From Rhodospirillaceae bacterium (lineage in GTDB: Bacteria > Pseudomonadota > Alphaproteobacteria > Rhodospirillales > Magnetospirillaceae), in NCBI GenBank assembly GCA_013349665.1, contig DUZF01000001.1:1-48282 (forward strand): a DNA stretch of 48,282 bases. Direction: 5' to 3'. A program made the translations under genes and the position numbers. Shown in pieces: positions 1 through 8,648 of this stretch; the stretch's first letter is position 1, and the number at the start of each line of letters is the position of its first letter. The notes beneath the pieces are model-generated. The model ran no database searches. It was not told the DNA's origin and saw only the letters and a list, made by a program, of their open reading frames with translations.

Positions 1-2
1 CG

Positions 3-395
3 GTGCTGACGGTGACGGTGGAGCATCTGCTGCCTGACACGCCGCCCGCCGTGGTCTCCTACATCTTCGGGTTCCGCTCGCAGAAACTGATCCAGGTCAG
101 CGTCCTGTGGGCGGCGGAAAAGCCCGATGGTCTGCCCGAGGCGGCGCTGACGCTGCGCAATTATTTCGACCATCTGCAGTTTCAGGACGGCAAATCCGCC
201 ACCGACGGCGTATTGGTCGACGGCAGCCGGGTGGTGTTCCGCGGCATCGACCGCAACGGCCATGCGGTGCTGGTCAATTTTCTGACCCCGTCGCCGGAGA
301 AGAAAGTGGCGGGCGCCCTCAGCCTGTTGCGCGTCACCTATGCCGAGCGGACGGAAAACCCCGATGTCTACGTCCTCGAGTCGGGGAAGTTTTAA
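3..395 (+). CDS. hypothetical protein, C-terminal part (5' end outside window)
   Basis: Frame is open from the window edge (130 aa) with GC-rich third positions like neighbouring genes. No family recognised. Its stop overlaps the convergent phoR-like stop in TTAA (392-395). Confidence 0.4.
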   Translation: MLTVTVEHLLPDTPPAVVSYIFGFRSQKLIQVSVLWAAEKPDGLPEAALTLRNYFDHLQFQDGKSATDGVLVDGSRVVFRGIDRNGHAVLVNFLTPSPEKKVAGALSLLRVTYAERTENPDVYVLESGKF

Positions 396-1819
396 TTGAT
401 CTTCGCCGGCAGGCTGACGGTGAAGCTGCTGCCCACCCCTTCACGACTGTCGATCGACAGCTGGCCACGATGGCGGTTGACCAGATGCTTGACGATGGCC
501 AGGCCCAGGCCGGTGCCGCCGAGGCGCCGCGACCGCGCCGTGTCGACGCGGAAAAACCGTTCGGTCAGACGCGGCAGATGCTGTCGGGCGATCCCCTCGC
601 CCTGGTCGATGACGGCGACGGCCACCATCGGCCGGCCGTCGAGGGATTGCGGCTCGGCCGGCCTGGCCGAGATGGTCACCGATGTGCCGTCGCGACCGTA
701 TTTCAGCGCGTTGTCCACCAGGTTCTGGAAAATCTGTTCGAGATCCTCCTCCTGCCCGTAGAGCGGCGGCAGCGGCTCGGCAATGTCGAGGACCAGCTCC
801 ATCCGGCGTTGAACGGCAGCCAGTTGCTGGGAGGAGACGACCCGTTTGAGCACCGCTGCGATGTCGGCATGGCCTTCGGGACGGGCATATTCCTGCAGCT
901 CGATGCGCGACAGGGTCAGCAGGTCGGCGATCAGGCGGGACATCCGTTCGCCCTGCTCCTGCATGATTGCCAGAAAGCGGTCGCGCGCCTCGGCGTCGTC
1001 GCGGGCGGGACCCCGCAGGGTCTCGATAAATCCCAGCAGGGCGGCCAGCGGCGTGCGCAATTCATGGCTGGCATTGGCGACGAAATCGGCGCGCATCTGC
1101 TCGATACGTTTCATGGCGCTGATGTCGTGCAGCGCCAGGATCGCCACGGTACCGTCGGCGCCGGGGCTGGCGAGACGGCGGATCATCGCCCGGAATTGCC
1201 GGTCGTCGGGGCTCGGCTGGCTGAATTCGACCTCGTCGCCGGAGCCTTCGGCGAGGACCCGGTCGAGGGTTTCCAACAGGTCGGGCACCCTGAGCGAGCC
1301 GGTAAGATCGCGGCCCGGCGGCTGCCGGCCGAAGATCTCCTCGGCCGCCCGGTTGCAGCGGACCACCCGTCGCTGGGCATCGATCAGAAAGATCGGGCTG
1401 GGCAGGTCGTCGAACAGCGCCTCGTGAAACTTCAACGCCGCCGAAAGTTCGTCTCTCTGGTCGTGCCAGGCCCGCACCACCTGGCGCAGCGCCACCATCA
1501 TGTCGCTGCCGGTGCCGGTGATCGGCTGCGGCTGCGGTGGCGGCTCACCGCGCCCGAGGACGCGGGCATAGCGTGCGATCTCGGCTAGTTCGCGCAATGT
1601 CGGGCGCAGGGCGACGGCCAGCAGCGAGACGGTAACGGCGCAGCCGGCCAGCGCCGGGCCGACGTCCAGCCAGCCTTGCGTCGCCAGCACCAGGAGGACG
1701 ACGACGGTCGGCAGGGAGAGAACGGCGACCACCGGCAGCAAGCGGCGGCCGATATGGACGGGATCGGCGAGCATCGACGACTGATACACCGACTGCCGAT
1801 GGATGTCATGCGGTGTCAT
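392..1819 (-). CDS. phoR: PhoR-type sensor histidine kinase (TM hairpin, PAS, HisKA, HATPase_c)
   Basis: 475-aa ORF. H-box MRADFVANASHELRTPL, N box QNLVDNALKY, G boxes DQGEGI and GGTGLGLAIVKH. Hydrophobic N-terminal hairpin followed by a PAS-like segment. GGAAGG RBS lies 5 nt before ATG 1819. Confidence 0.75.
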   Translation of the reverse strand: MTPHDIHRQSVYQSSMLADPVHIGRRLLPVVAVLSLPTVVVLLVLATQGWLDVGPALAGCAVTVSLLAVALRPTLRELAEIARYARVLGRGEPPPQPQPITGTGSDMMVALRQVVRAWHDQRDELSAALKFHEALFDDLPSPIFLIDAQRRVVRCNRAAEEIFGRQPPGRDLTGSLRVPDLLETLDRVLAEGSGDEVEFSQPSPDDRQFRAMIRRLASPGADGTVAILALHDISAMKRIEQMRADFVANASHELRTPLAALLGFIETLRGPARDDAEARDRFLAIMQEQGERMSRLIADLLTLSRIELQEYARPEGHADIAAVLKRVVSSQQLAAVQRRMELVLDIAEPLPPLYGQEEDLEQIFQNLVDNALKYGRDGTSVTISARPAEPQSLDGRPMVAVAVIDQGEGIARQHLPRLTERFFRVDTARSRRLGGTGLGLAIVKHLVNRHRGQLSIDSREGVGSSFTVSLPAKIN

Positions 1820-1900
1820 TATGCCTTCCGCCCTAGCGATCTATTGCGGGCGTCGGATCGACGGCGGCCAAGCATTCCGCGCAAAGTTCCATCGATTATT

Positions 1901-3802
1901 TTGTCGCGGAGGTGGGCGACGGACAATTCCATTGATCAGGCCCTGGCGGCGTCCTCGGCCATGCAGGCGGACGGCCGCTGGCGCGAGGCCGAAGACATTT
2001 ATCGGGCCATCCTGCGAAGGTGTCCGGCCCAGCCGGATGCCAACCACAACCTCGGCATCATGGCCGCCCAGCGTGGTCTGCCGCAGCAGGCCTTGCCCTA
2101 TCTGCGGGCGGCTGTCCTGGCGGCCCCCGGCATCGCCCAATTCCGGCTGTCGCATATCCAGGCCTTGCTGGACGGCGGCCTGACGGCGGCGGCCGGCCGG
2201 GAGCTTCGGCAAAGCCGCCGGCTGGGGTTCTCCGGCACCGCCTTCGATGATCTGCAAGGCCGTCTCGACGGGGCGCGGCGCGGCCTTGCAGCGGTGGACG
2301 GAGCGTCGCTGTTCAATCTTGCCCTCGACCATCACCGGGCCGGGCGTCTGGGCAGCGCCGCCGCAGCTTACCGCCGGGTCCTGCTGCGCCGCCCCGACGA
2401 TCCGCTGCCGCTGTATTGGCTCGGCAATGCGCTGCGCGACCAGGGCTGGCTGGCGGCGGCGACCGCCTGTTACCATCGCGCCCTGGTCGGCCGGCCGGAT
2501 TTCGCCGAGGCCCTGTTCGTCCTTGCCACCTTTGACGACGACCGTCGCGGCTTTGCCCGCGTGCTGATGCTCAAGGCGGATTACCCGGCGGTCTACTGCA
2601 ACCTGGGAACGATGGCGGCGGTCGCCGCCGAGCCTCGCCGGGCGATGATCCTCTGGCGCGCCGCCCTGGCCTTCGATCCGGCCCTCGCCGAGGCCCATTT
2701 CAATCTCGGCACGGTTGATGACGCCCTCGGCGAGGACGAGATCGCCATCCGCCGCTATCGTCGTGCCAGGACCATTCTGCCCGGTTACGCCGGCGCCCAT
2801 GTCAATGAAGGCCTGTGCCGCCTGCGGATTGGCGACTATGCCGGCGGTTGGGCCGAATATGAATGGCGGTGGCATGGCGGCAGTCCTGATCTGGCGCCGC
2901 GGCGCTTCGCGGTGCCGCGATGGGACGGCGGACCGCTTCCCGGGCGCACCATCCTGCTGCATGCCGAACAGGGTTACGGCGATGCCCTGCAGTTCTGCCG
3001 TTACCTGCCGATGACGGCGGCGGCGTCCGGCGCCCGTCTGGTACTCGAGGTGCCGCCGCCGCTGAAGGCCCTATTGACCGGTTGGCCAGGGGCGGTGGAG
3101 GTCATCGCCCAGGGGGAACCGTTGCCGTCCGTCGATGCCCATTGCCCATTGCTGAGCCTGCCGGGAATTTTCCGCACCACAGCGGACACCATACCGGATG
3201 GGCCACCCTATCTGGCGGTGGCGCCCGCCCTGGTTCATCAGTGGCGGCGCCGACTGTCGGCGGAGCGACCGCAGATCGGCGTCTGCTGGGCCGGCAATCC
3301 GGGCAACCGCAGCGATCACCGGCGCTCTCTGCCGCTGGAGCAGTTGCTGCCGCTGCTGGTCAGGGGCGGCGCCACCTGGCATGTGCTGCAAAGGGATCTG
3401 CGCGACGGCGATTATCGCCTGATCTCCGCGGTGCCGTGGCTGGTCCGGCATCCCCTGGCCGATTTCGCCGATACCGCGGCGCTGGTGTCGGCGCTCGATC
3501 TGGTGGTCAGCGTCGATACCGCCGTCGCCCATCTGGCCGGGGCCCTGGGCCGGCCGACCTGGCTGCTGTTGCCCTATGTCGCGGACTGGCGGTGGTTGAG
3601 GGACGGCGAGGACAGTCCCTGGTATGCCAGCATGCGACTGTTCCGCCAACCGGCCCCCGGCGACTGGCGCCCGGTGCTGGACCGCCTGGCCGCCGCCTTG
3701 GACGATATCGCTCCCGCCCCCCGCCGTCTCCGGCGCGGGGCGGGGCATGGCGGCCAGTTCCGGCCGTTCTGCGAGGCCCGCCCGACGAAATTGTCGATCT
3801 GA
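1901..3802 (+). CDS. TPR-repeat protein with C-terminal glycosyltransferase family 9-like domain
   Basis: The N-terminal half has TPR-like repeats (EAEDIYRAILRRCPAQPDANHNLG, AAYRRVLLRRPDD, ALAFDPALAEAHFNLG). The C-terminal half carries LLHAEQGYGDALQFCRYLP and VSVDTAVAHLAGALGRPTW, typical of TPR-GT9 fusions. Start is uncertain (TTG 1901 or ATG 1961; frame open from 1676). The last ~17 codons read antisense through MCP-fragment copy A. Confidence 0.65.
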   Translation: MSRRWATDNSIDQALAASSAMQADGRWREAEDIYRAILRRCPAQPDANHNLGIMAAQRGLPQQALPYLRAAVLAAPGIAQFRLSHIQALLDGGLTAAAGRELRQSRRLGFSGTAFDDLQGRLDGARRGLAAVDGASLFNLALDHHRAGRLGSAAAAYRRVLLRRPDDPLPLYWLGNALRDQGWLAAATACYHRALVGRPDFAEALFVLATFDDDRRGFARVLMLKADYPAVYCNLGTMAAVAAEPRRAMILWRAALAFDPALAEAHFNLGTVDDALGEDEIAIRRYRRARTILPGYAGAHVNEGLCRLRIGDYAGGWAEYEWRWHGGSPDLAPRRFAVPRWDGGPLPGRTILLHAEQGYGDALQFCRYLPMTAAASGARLVLEVPPPLKALLTGWPGAVEVIAQGEPLPSVDAHCPLLSLPGIFRTTADTIPDGPPYLAVAPALVHQWRRRLSAERPQIGVCWAGNPGNRSDHRRSLPLEQLLPLLVRGGATWHVLQRDLRDGDYRLISAVPWLVRHPLADFADTAALVSALDLVVSVDTAVAHLAGALGRPTWLLLPYVADWRWLRDGEDSPWYASMRLFRQPAPGDWRPVLDRLAAALDDIAPAPRRLRRGAGHGGQFRPFCEARPTKLSI

Positions 3803-3845
3803 TCATTCATTTGTTCGGCGCGCTGGGCGAGATCGCCGACGGCCC
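3750..3845 (-). repeat. MCP 3'-end fragment, copy A (gene remnant, stop codon lost)
   Basis: Minus strand encodes [31 protein letters not shown]. Near-identical at the nucleotide level to 8244-8316 and homologous to the true MCP 3' end at 8946-9038. Has TGG where copies B and D have TGA. Confidence 0.85.
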
Positions 3846-4100
3846 CCAAGGTCCTTTTGATCCAGTCGGCTTCCATGGTTCGGCGAAGCATGGCCTGACT
3901 GTACTGGCGTGACCGCGACAGCGACGGCCGAAACGCGAGGCTTCCCAGCGCATTTCAGCCACCCACATAGACGCAACACCTCCCGAACCTGCCACAATTG
4001 CGACTGACGGGCTATTTCGTAAATGCCTGCGACGGGGAGCCCAGCACCCACGTCTCGGCGGACTTGTTCGGACATTGGAGTCTCCGGGTTCGGATAAGGG

Positions 4101-5051
4101 TCAAACGCTGTCCGGCAATGGAATGAACTCAACCTCGTCGCCCACCACCTTGGCGAAGCGGCCGGCCCTCCAATCTGCCTTGGCCTGCTCGATGCGTTCG
4201 CGGCTGGAGGAAACGAAGTTCCAGAAGATGTGGTGGGGGCCAACCATGGCGGCGCCTCCCAACAGCATCAGTCGCGCCCCTTGCGGCCCGGCGCGCAGCG
4301 CCAAACGGTCGCAGCTGCGAAAGACCAGCATTCGGCCTGACGCGAACCGGTTGCCCGATATTTCGACCTCGCCCTCCACCACGTAGGCGGCGCGTTCTTC
4401 GTGTTCCTTTCCATCGGGCAGAGGCACGGCAGCGCCGGGAGCGAGAACAGCATCGGCGTAGAACAGCGAGGAAAACACCTCAACGGGCGAGGTCAGTCCC
4501 CACCCCGTACCGGCGATCAGGCGCAGCCACAGACCGCCTTCGGCGACCAGCGGCAGGCTGGCCCCCGGATGGTGGGCGAAGCCGGGGGCCGTTTCCTCGA
4601 CCGCCTGCGGCAGCGCAACCCAGGCCTGAATCCCGGACAGGCGGTTGGCGTGGCCGCGCAAGTCTTGATCCGTGCGCTCCGAATGGGTAATGCCGCGACC
4701 GGCGGTCATCCAGTTGACGTCACCGGGGAGGATGGCCTGCCGCGAGCCCAGGCTGTCGCGATGAAGGATTTGGCCCTCGAACAGGTAGGTGACGGTTGCC
4801 AGGCCGATATGCGGGTGCGGGCGAACGTCGAGCCCTCGCCCCGCCAGGAATTCCCCGGGACCCGCCTGGTCGAAGAAGATGAACGGGCCGACCATCTGCC
4901 GCTGGCCTGCCGGCAGCGCACGGCGAACCTCGAACCCGCCGAGGTCGTGGCTCCGGGGCAGGAGCACAAGTTCGACGGTATCGGACGATGCAGAAAAGAT
5001 CGGATTTTCAGCGGGCTGCCAGCTCATCAGCATCCCCTCGCCTGTCGGCAT
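4101..5051 (-). CDS. pirin family protein
   Basis: 316-aa ORF with the bicupin pirin signature (GGFEVRRALP, MVGPFIFFD, HPHIGLATVTYLFEG, GDVNWMTAGRGITHSE). Start is ambiguous between ATG 5051 and ATG 5033. Confidence 0.8.
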   Translation of the reverse strand: MPTGEGMLMSWQPAENPIFSASSDTVELVLLPRSHDLGGFEVRRALPAGQRQMVGPFIFFDQAGPGEFLAGRGLDVRPHPHIGLATVTYLFEGQILHRDSLGSRQAILPGDVNWMTAGRGITHSERTDQDLRGHANRLSGIQAWVALPQAVEETAPGFAHHPGASLPLVAEGGLWLRLIAGTGWGLTSPVEVFSSLFYADAVLAPGAAVPLPDGKEHEERAAYVVEGEVEISGNRFASGRMLVFRSCDRLALRAGPQGARLMLLGGAAMVGPHHIFWNFVSSSRERIEQAKADWRAGRFAKVVGDEVEFIPLPDSV

Positions 5052-5082
5052 TCGCAGGAAAAATAGGTGCCCCGACCCTCGG

Positions 5083-6750
5083 TTACAAGCTTAGCCGAGG
5101 TGTTGTTTTGGTGGGAGGCGCAGGGACGAACACGGAGAACATCGAGCCCCGACCGTCTCGGGAGGCGACCGCCACATGCAATCCCAAAAGAGTGGCCAGT
5201 TCCTTGACCGTCGCCAGACCCAAACCCAGCCCGCCGCCTCCGCCCGTTGCACTATTTTGCTGCGCGGTGGCGCCGCGATGGAAGGCTAGGAAAATTGTCT
5301 CAAAGTCCTCCGGTGGGATCCCTGGTCCGGTGTCCCAAACCTCGATCCGAACGCCACCCGTGGTCCGGCGACAGCCGAATAACACCCGCCCGCGAACGGT
5401 ATAGCGTACGGCGTTAGACAGCAGATTGCGCAGGAGGCGGGCGAGCAGCTGGGCATCAGTCTGCACCGACAGCGAGGACCGAACGTAGCGGAACTCAAGA
5501 CCGTGTTGAAAACAGCTGAGACGGCATTCATCGGCAAGTTGTGCCAACACCATCTCCACCGGAAAGCTCCGGACCTCGGGGTTAACAGCGTGACATTGCA
5601 CCGCGGTGATGTCGCTCAGGGAATCCAGCGCCGCGCCCATGGCCTCGAGACAGCTCGTGGTACGATCGACCAATGTGAAATTGCTTTCCACCGACGGCAG
5701 CCGGCCCCTGAGAACGTCGAGGAATAATCGCGCCGCCTGCAGCGGCTGCTTCAGATCATGACCGACAGCGGCGACCAAACGGGTCTTGGCGACGTTGGCG
5801 GTGTCGGCGTCGTCCTTGCCGGACACGGCCTGGACGAGCGCCTGCATCAATCGATCCGCATGGCGGTCGCGCTCGGTAATGGCGCCAACCAGAATGAGTA
5901 TGACGCCGCCGGTAACGGCCATCACCATTTGCAGCATGATAAGATTGCCGATGCGACTGCCATGGGAAAACGGTCCCACGCCCCAGGCGGTATAGCAGAC
6001 CGCCAGCACCAACATCACTTCGAGGGCCAATGTCGTCCATCGAGGCTGCAGGCGCAACCCTGCCCAGACCAGAGGTGGAAAGATGAACAGGATGACCGGC
6101 ATGCGGGTCAGGCCCAGCCAGTTCCAGGCCGTTTCTCCGACGAACGGAATCGTGGTTGCCGCGGCCACCGTGACCAGCAGGATGACAGCCTCGATGTGCC
6201 TTGCGTGTCTCCCGGGACTGGCCGGTCTTCCGAACCAGGCCAGAACCAGAGGCGTCAGAAACAGCGATCCCATCCCATCGCCGACCCACCAGACGAGCCA
6301 CACGTCAGCGTAATGTCCCCAATCCGACAGCTTGGCGAAGGATAGGCTGAGCACGCCCACGGATGCCGCCACCGTCGGGACAAGCAGTGCCACCCCCAGC
6401 AGTATCAAAGCGTCACGCACATGCGCGATCTCGCCGGTAATCCCCAGTTGGCGCAGTACAACAGCCCCAAGGATCGCCTCGGCGCTATTGCCGGTGGCTA
6501 TTCCCGCCGCCACCGTCACGGGATCGCCAATGCTGTAATTGACCAGGAAAGCCCCAAGAGCGATGGCCGGACACCAACGCGGCCCGAGAATCGTCAGGGC
6601 GCCGATAGAGAGTCCCGTGGCCGGCCAAAACGGCGAGACCGTGCCATGGACGAACGCAATGAGCAAACCGGCCTTGGCCGCCACCAAATAGACGATCAGC
6701 AACGCGGCGAACATACCGAGCCTTTTGCCGGCGGTGTCCAAACTCCGCAA
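5083..6750 (-). CDS. MASE1-domain sensor histidine kinase (orphan, no receiver gene adjacent)
   Basis: 555 aa. About 290 aa of multi-TM N-terminus in MASE1 style, then an H-box region (VAAVGHDLKQPL) and an ATPase domain (LLSNAVRY, DTGPGI, GGGGLGLGLATV). TTG start has a GGGAGG RBS 6 nt upstream. Confidence 0.7.
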   Translation of the reverse strand: MRSLDTAGKRLGMFAALLIVYLVAAKAGLLIAFVHGTVSPFWPATGLSIGALTILGPRWCPAIALGAFLVNYSIGDPVTVAAGIATGNSAEAILGAVVLRQLGITGEIAHVRDALILLGVALLVPTVAASVGVLSLSFAKLSDWGHYADVWLVWWVGDGMGSLFLTPLVLAWFGRPASPGRHARHIEAVILLVTVAAATTIPFVGETAWNWLGLTRMPVILFIFPPLVWAGLRLQPRWTTLALEVMLVLAVCYTAWGVGPFSHGSRIGNLIMLQMVMAVTGGVILILVGAITERDRHADRLMQALVQAVSGKDDADTANVAKTRLVAAVGHDLKQPLQAARLFLDVLRGRLPSVESNFTLVDRTTSCLEAMGAALDSLSDITAVQCHAVNPEVRSFPVEMVLAQLADECRLSCFQHGLEFRYVRSSLSVQTDAQLLARLLRNLLSNAVRYTVRGRVLFGCRRTTGGVRIEVWDTGPGIPPEDFETIFLAFHRGATAQQNSATGGGGGLGLGLATVKELATLLGLHVAVASRDGRGSMFSVFVPAPPTKTTPRLSL

Positions 6751-7018
6751 CAGTGACCTCCCTCTACAGGAAAAGAGGGCGGATCTTGGCGGTGCCGCCG
6801 GTTTAAAGAGAAGGAAACAGACGGTCAGATGCCATGGTGCAGTGCAGCATAATAAATGTGCATTGCATGGGGTGAAGCCATAAAAAGGGCAGCTTTATAG
6901 GCTGAGCGGACAAAATAGGAGCATTGGACACAATACCGTTTGATTCGTGCCGTTCGGCCCGAAAGAGTTCTCTATTTGCCCCTGAATACCCTTATCCCTA
7001 TCGAACTATAGTCTGAAC

Positions 7019-7111
7019 CGGTCAGGTCCGGCCGCTATGCGATACCCGCTCGACGAAATTGTCGATCTGATCATTCATTTGTTCGGCGCGCTGGGCGAGA
7101 TCGCCGGCGGC
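7019..7111 (-). repeat. MCP 3'-end fragment, copy B (gene remnant, stop retained)
   Basis: Minus strand encodes [34 protein letters not shown]-stop. The frame is closed by TGA immediately upstream, so only ~32 codons remain. Closest in sequence to the native MCP end (copy D). Confidence 0.85.
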
Positions 7112-7245
7112 AACAGCCACGGCTGATCAACATTCCAATCGCGAAAGGTCCTGCTCATAGAATGATGGAATCACATGCGGATTCCTTCGTCCAGAAAGAT
7201 CAGTAATTGCAATTAGTTGAGCCCCCAAACTGGTAATTTTTCGCC

Positions 7246-7346
7246 GTCATCCCGGGCGGAGCGCAGCGCAGACCCGGGATCCATGCCAGGACAAAGTCCG
7301 TCATTTCCATGGACCCCGGCTCGCGCTGCGCTTGGCCGGGGTGACG
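7246..7346. repeat. REP/MITE-like imperfect palindrome
   Basis: The left arm is 7246-7285 (gtcatcccgggcggagcgcagcgcagacccgggatccatg). It is the imperfect reverse complement of the right arm at 7307-7346 (ccatggaccccggctcgcgctgcgcttggccggggtgacg), with a 21-nt loop between them. Same type as the gtcatcccggg...gcgcagcgc palindromes scattered in alphaproteobacterial genomes. Confidence 0.65.
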
Positions 7347-7394
7347 ATCCTACTTCACCTTTATTAGGCTGGCACCGCCGCCACTCCCATTTGT

Positions 7395-7525
7395 CCGGAA
7401 TGTCGGGGGCGCAGCCCCACGACATTTCGGAGATAGGCTCCTAGCCCGCATTTCCCGCCCTTTGGGGTCGCGTCGTGGCGGGCGTCCGGTTCGTTGTCGC
7501 CCTCGGCGTGGCGGCCAGCCACGCC
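7395..7525. repeat. two further GC-rich hairpins next to the REP-like element
   Basis: 7395-7430 folds into a ~16-bp stem (ccggaatgtcgggggc gca gcccc a cgacatttcgg; one G.U pair, one bulge). 7505-7525 is ggcgtggc ggcca gccacgcc (8-bp stem). Confidence 0.55.
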
Positions 7526-7585
7526 TTCGGCCGGACCTGACCCATAAGAGAGCGGTCCGGGGCTGCCCCTCTGATGTCCCCCTGA

Positions 7586-7624
7586 TTGACGCGCAGCCAT
7601 AATGTAGCTATATTGTTGTAGCTA
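7586..7624 (+). promoter_or_regulatory. sigma70-like promoter with putative BrnA operator repeats
   Basis: TTGACG (7586-7591), a 17-nt spacer, then TATATT (7609-7614). TGTAGCTA occurs twice (7603-7610 and 7617-7624), each containing the TAGCTA palindrome, overlapping the -10 and the predicted start site. AGGAG RBS at 7626-7630. Confidence 0.55.
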
Positions 7625-7636
7625 CAGGAGCAGGGG

Positions 7637-7918
7637 TTGACGGACTGGACGTGGAGCTCAAAAAAGGCTCGGCAAAACCTGAAAAATCACAAGGTCAGCT
7701 TCGAGCTTGCAAAGCGTGCATTAGACGATCCGTTGGCACTGACACAAGATGACCCGTATCCGTATGAGCAACGATACCAAACACTGTGCCAGCCTAGCGC
7801 CTCATCTCATCTTCTTCTTTTCGTTGTCCACACATGCGACGAAGAGACGGACACAGGCAGGATTATAAGCGCTCGGAAAGCAGATCCGAGCGAAAGGAGG
7901 GCATATGAAGGGCGGTAA
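7637..7918 (+). CDS. brnT: BrnT family (DUF497) type II toxin
   Basis: 93 aa, TTG start after an AGGAG RBS. WSSKKARQNLKNHKVSFELAKRALDDP ... RIISARKADPSERRAYE matches the BrnT/DUF497 pattern. Overlaps brnA by 14 nt. Confidence 0.8.
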   Translation: MTDWTWSSKKARQNLKNHKVSFELAKRALDDPLALTQDDPYPYEQRYQTLCQPSASSHLLLFVVHTCDEETDTGRIISARKADPSERRAYEGR

Positions 7919-8192
7919 CACGAAGCCGTTGACGCCAGAGCTTGAGGCCGAAATTCGCGCCTTGGAAGCGATGCCGGACAGCGAGATCGACACCTCGGAC
8001 ATGCCAGTGGTCACGGATTGGAGCAAAGCCAAGCGGGGGATGTTCTACCGTCCCGTCAAGGCATTGCACTCACTGCGGATCGACAATGATGTATGGTCGT
8101 GGTTCCAATCCAAGGGCCGTGGCTATCAGACCCAAATCAACGACATCCTGCGACAGCAGATGGAGCGGGAGAAAGAACAGTCCCGCGCCTGA
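7905..8192 (+). CDS. brnA: BrnA family antitoxin
   Basis: 95 aa. The C-terminal SLRIDNDVWSWFQSKGRGYQTQINDILRQQM matches the BrnA RHH-like signature. Its stop TGA lies inside the left edge of repeat copy C. Confidence 0.8.
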   Translation: MKGGNTKPLTPELEAEIRALEAMPDSEIDTSDMPVVTDWSKAKRGMFYRPVKALHSLRIDNDVWSWFQSKGRGYQTQINDILRQQMEREKEQSRA

Positions 8193-8316
8193 CGCCGACA
8201 TCCGCATGACAACAGGTTGCGCGCTCCTGCGACAGGGTTTTAGTGCGGCCAGTTCCGGCCGTTCTGCGAGGCCCGCCCGACGAAATTGTCGATCTGATCA
8301 TTTATTTGTTCGGCGC
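8186..8316 (-). repeat. MCP 3'-end fragment plus 58 nt of downstream flank, copy C
   Basis: 131 nt at about 91% identity (about 12 mismatches by eye) to 8888-9018. The coding part gives AEQINDQIDNFVGRASQNGRNW (TGG instead of stop, as in copy A). Homology stops abruptly at 8316. Confidence 0.85.
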
Positions 8317-8345
8317 TAACGTTTTGCGACAGGGCGTGTTCTCGA

Positions 8346-8648
8346 TCAGGCGCGATTTGGCATGTCCGAAGCGTCGTAATGAACCGCCGACAAAATCGGC
8401 TTCTCCCGGTCGCGAAAGGCAATCCAATAGGGCGGGAAATAGACCCAATAGGTCCCCGCTTCCTTGAGCGAAGGGTAAGGACGCGGAGCAGGAAAAACTT
8501 TAGCTGTCCCCGCAATGATCGCGTCCGAGGCTTGCCCGAGCGTCTTATAGAGGTTCCGCACCGCCTCCGGGCGCTGCTTCTGATAGAGGTAATGCGTCAC
8601 CAGCGCCTCAACATGAGACGCGGCGCGAAAGGTATAGGGGAGGATCAT
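8346..8648 (-). CDS. RelE/ParE family type II toxin
   Basis: 100 aa. The C-terminal YWIAFRDREKPILSAVHYDASD fits the ParE Y-x-I-x-Y ... I-x-x-V-x-H pattern. 4-nt overlap with the upstream small ORF. Confidence 0.65.
   Translation of the reverse strand: MILPYTFRAASHVEALVTHYLYQKQRPEAVRNLYKTLGQASDAIIAGTAKVFPAPRPYPSLKEAGTYWVYFPPYWIAFRDREKPILSAVHYDASDMPNRA

Noticed and set aside
107-1588. 493-aa ORF on the plus strand
   Set aside because: It lies entirely antisense to the phoR-like kinase, which has clear H/N/G boxes. The translation is Arg/Gly/Ala-rich with no motifs. It is a typical shadow ORF of high-GC DNA.
3803-4243. 146-aa minus-strand ORF, including a possible 90-aa product from ATG 4078 with a GGAGAC RBS
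   Set aside because: The upstream half overlaps the pirin gene's 3' end out of frame. The downstream end runs out of frame through MCP fragment A. No family recognised. A small real gene at 3803-4078 cannot be excluded but is unsupported.
7213-7600. Three 70-78-aa ORFs (7213-7425 minus, 7217-7444 plus, 7364-7600 minus)
   Set aside because: They are read through the REP/MITE palindromes, and each strand gives mirror-image Pro/Gly/Arg/Ser-rich peptides. No RBS. This is the usual artefact of such repeats.
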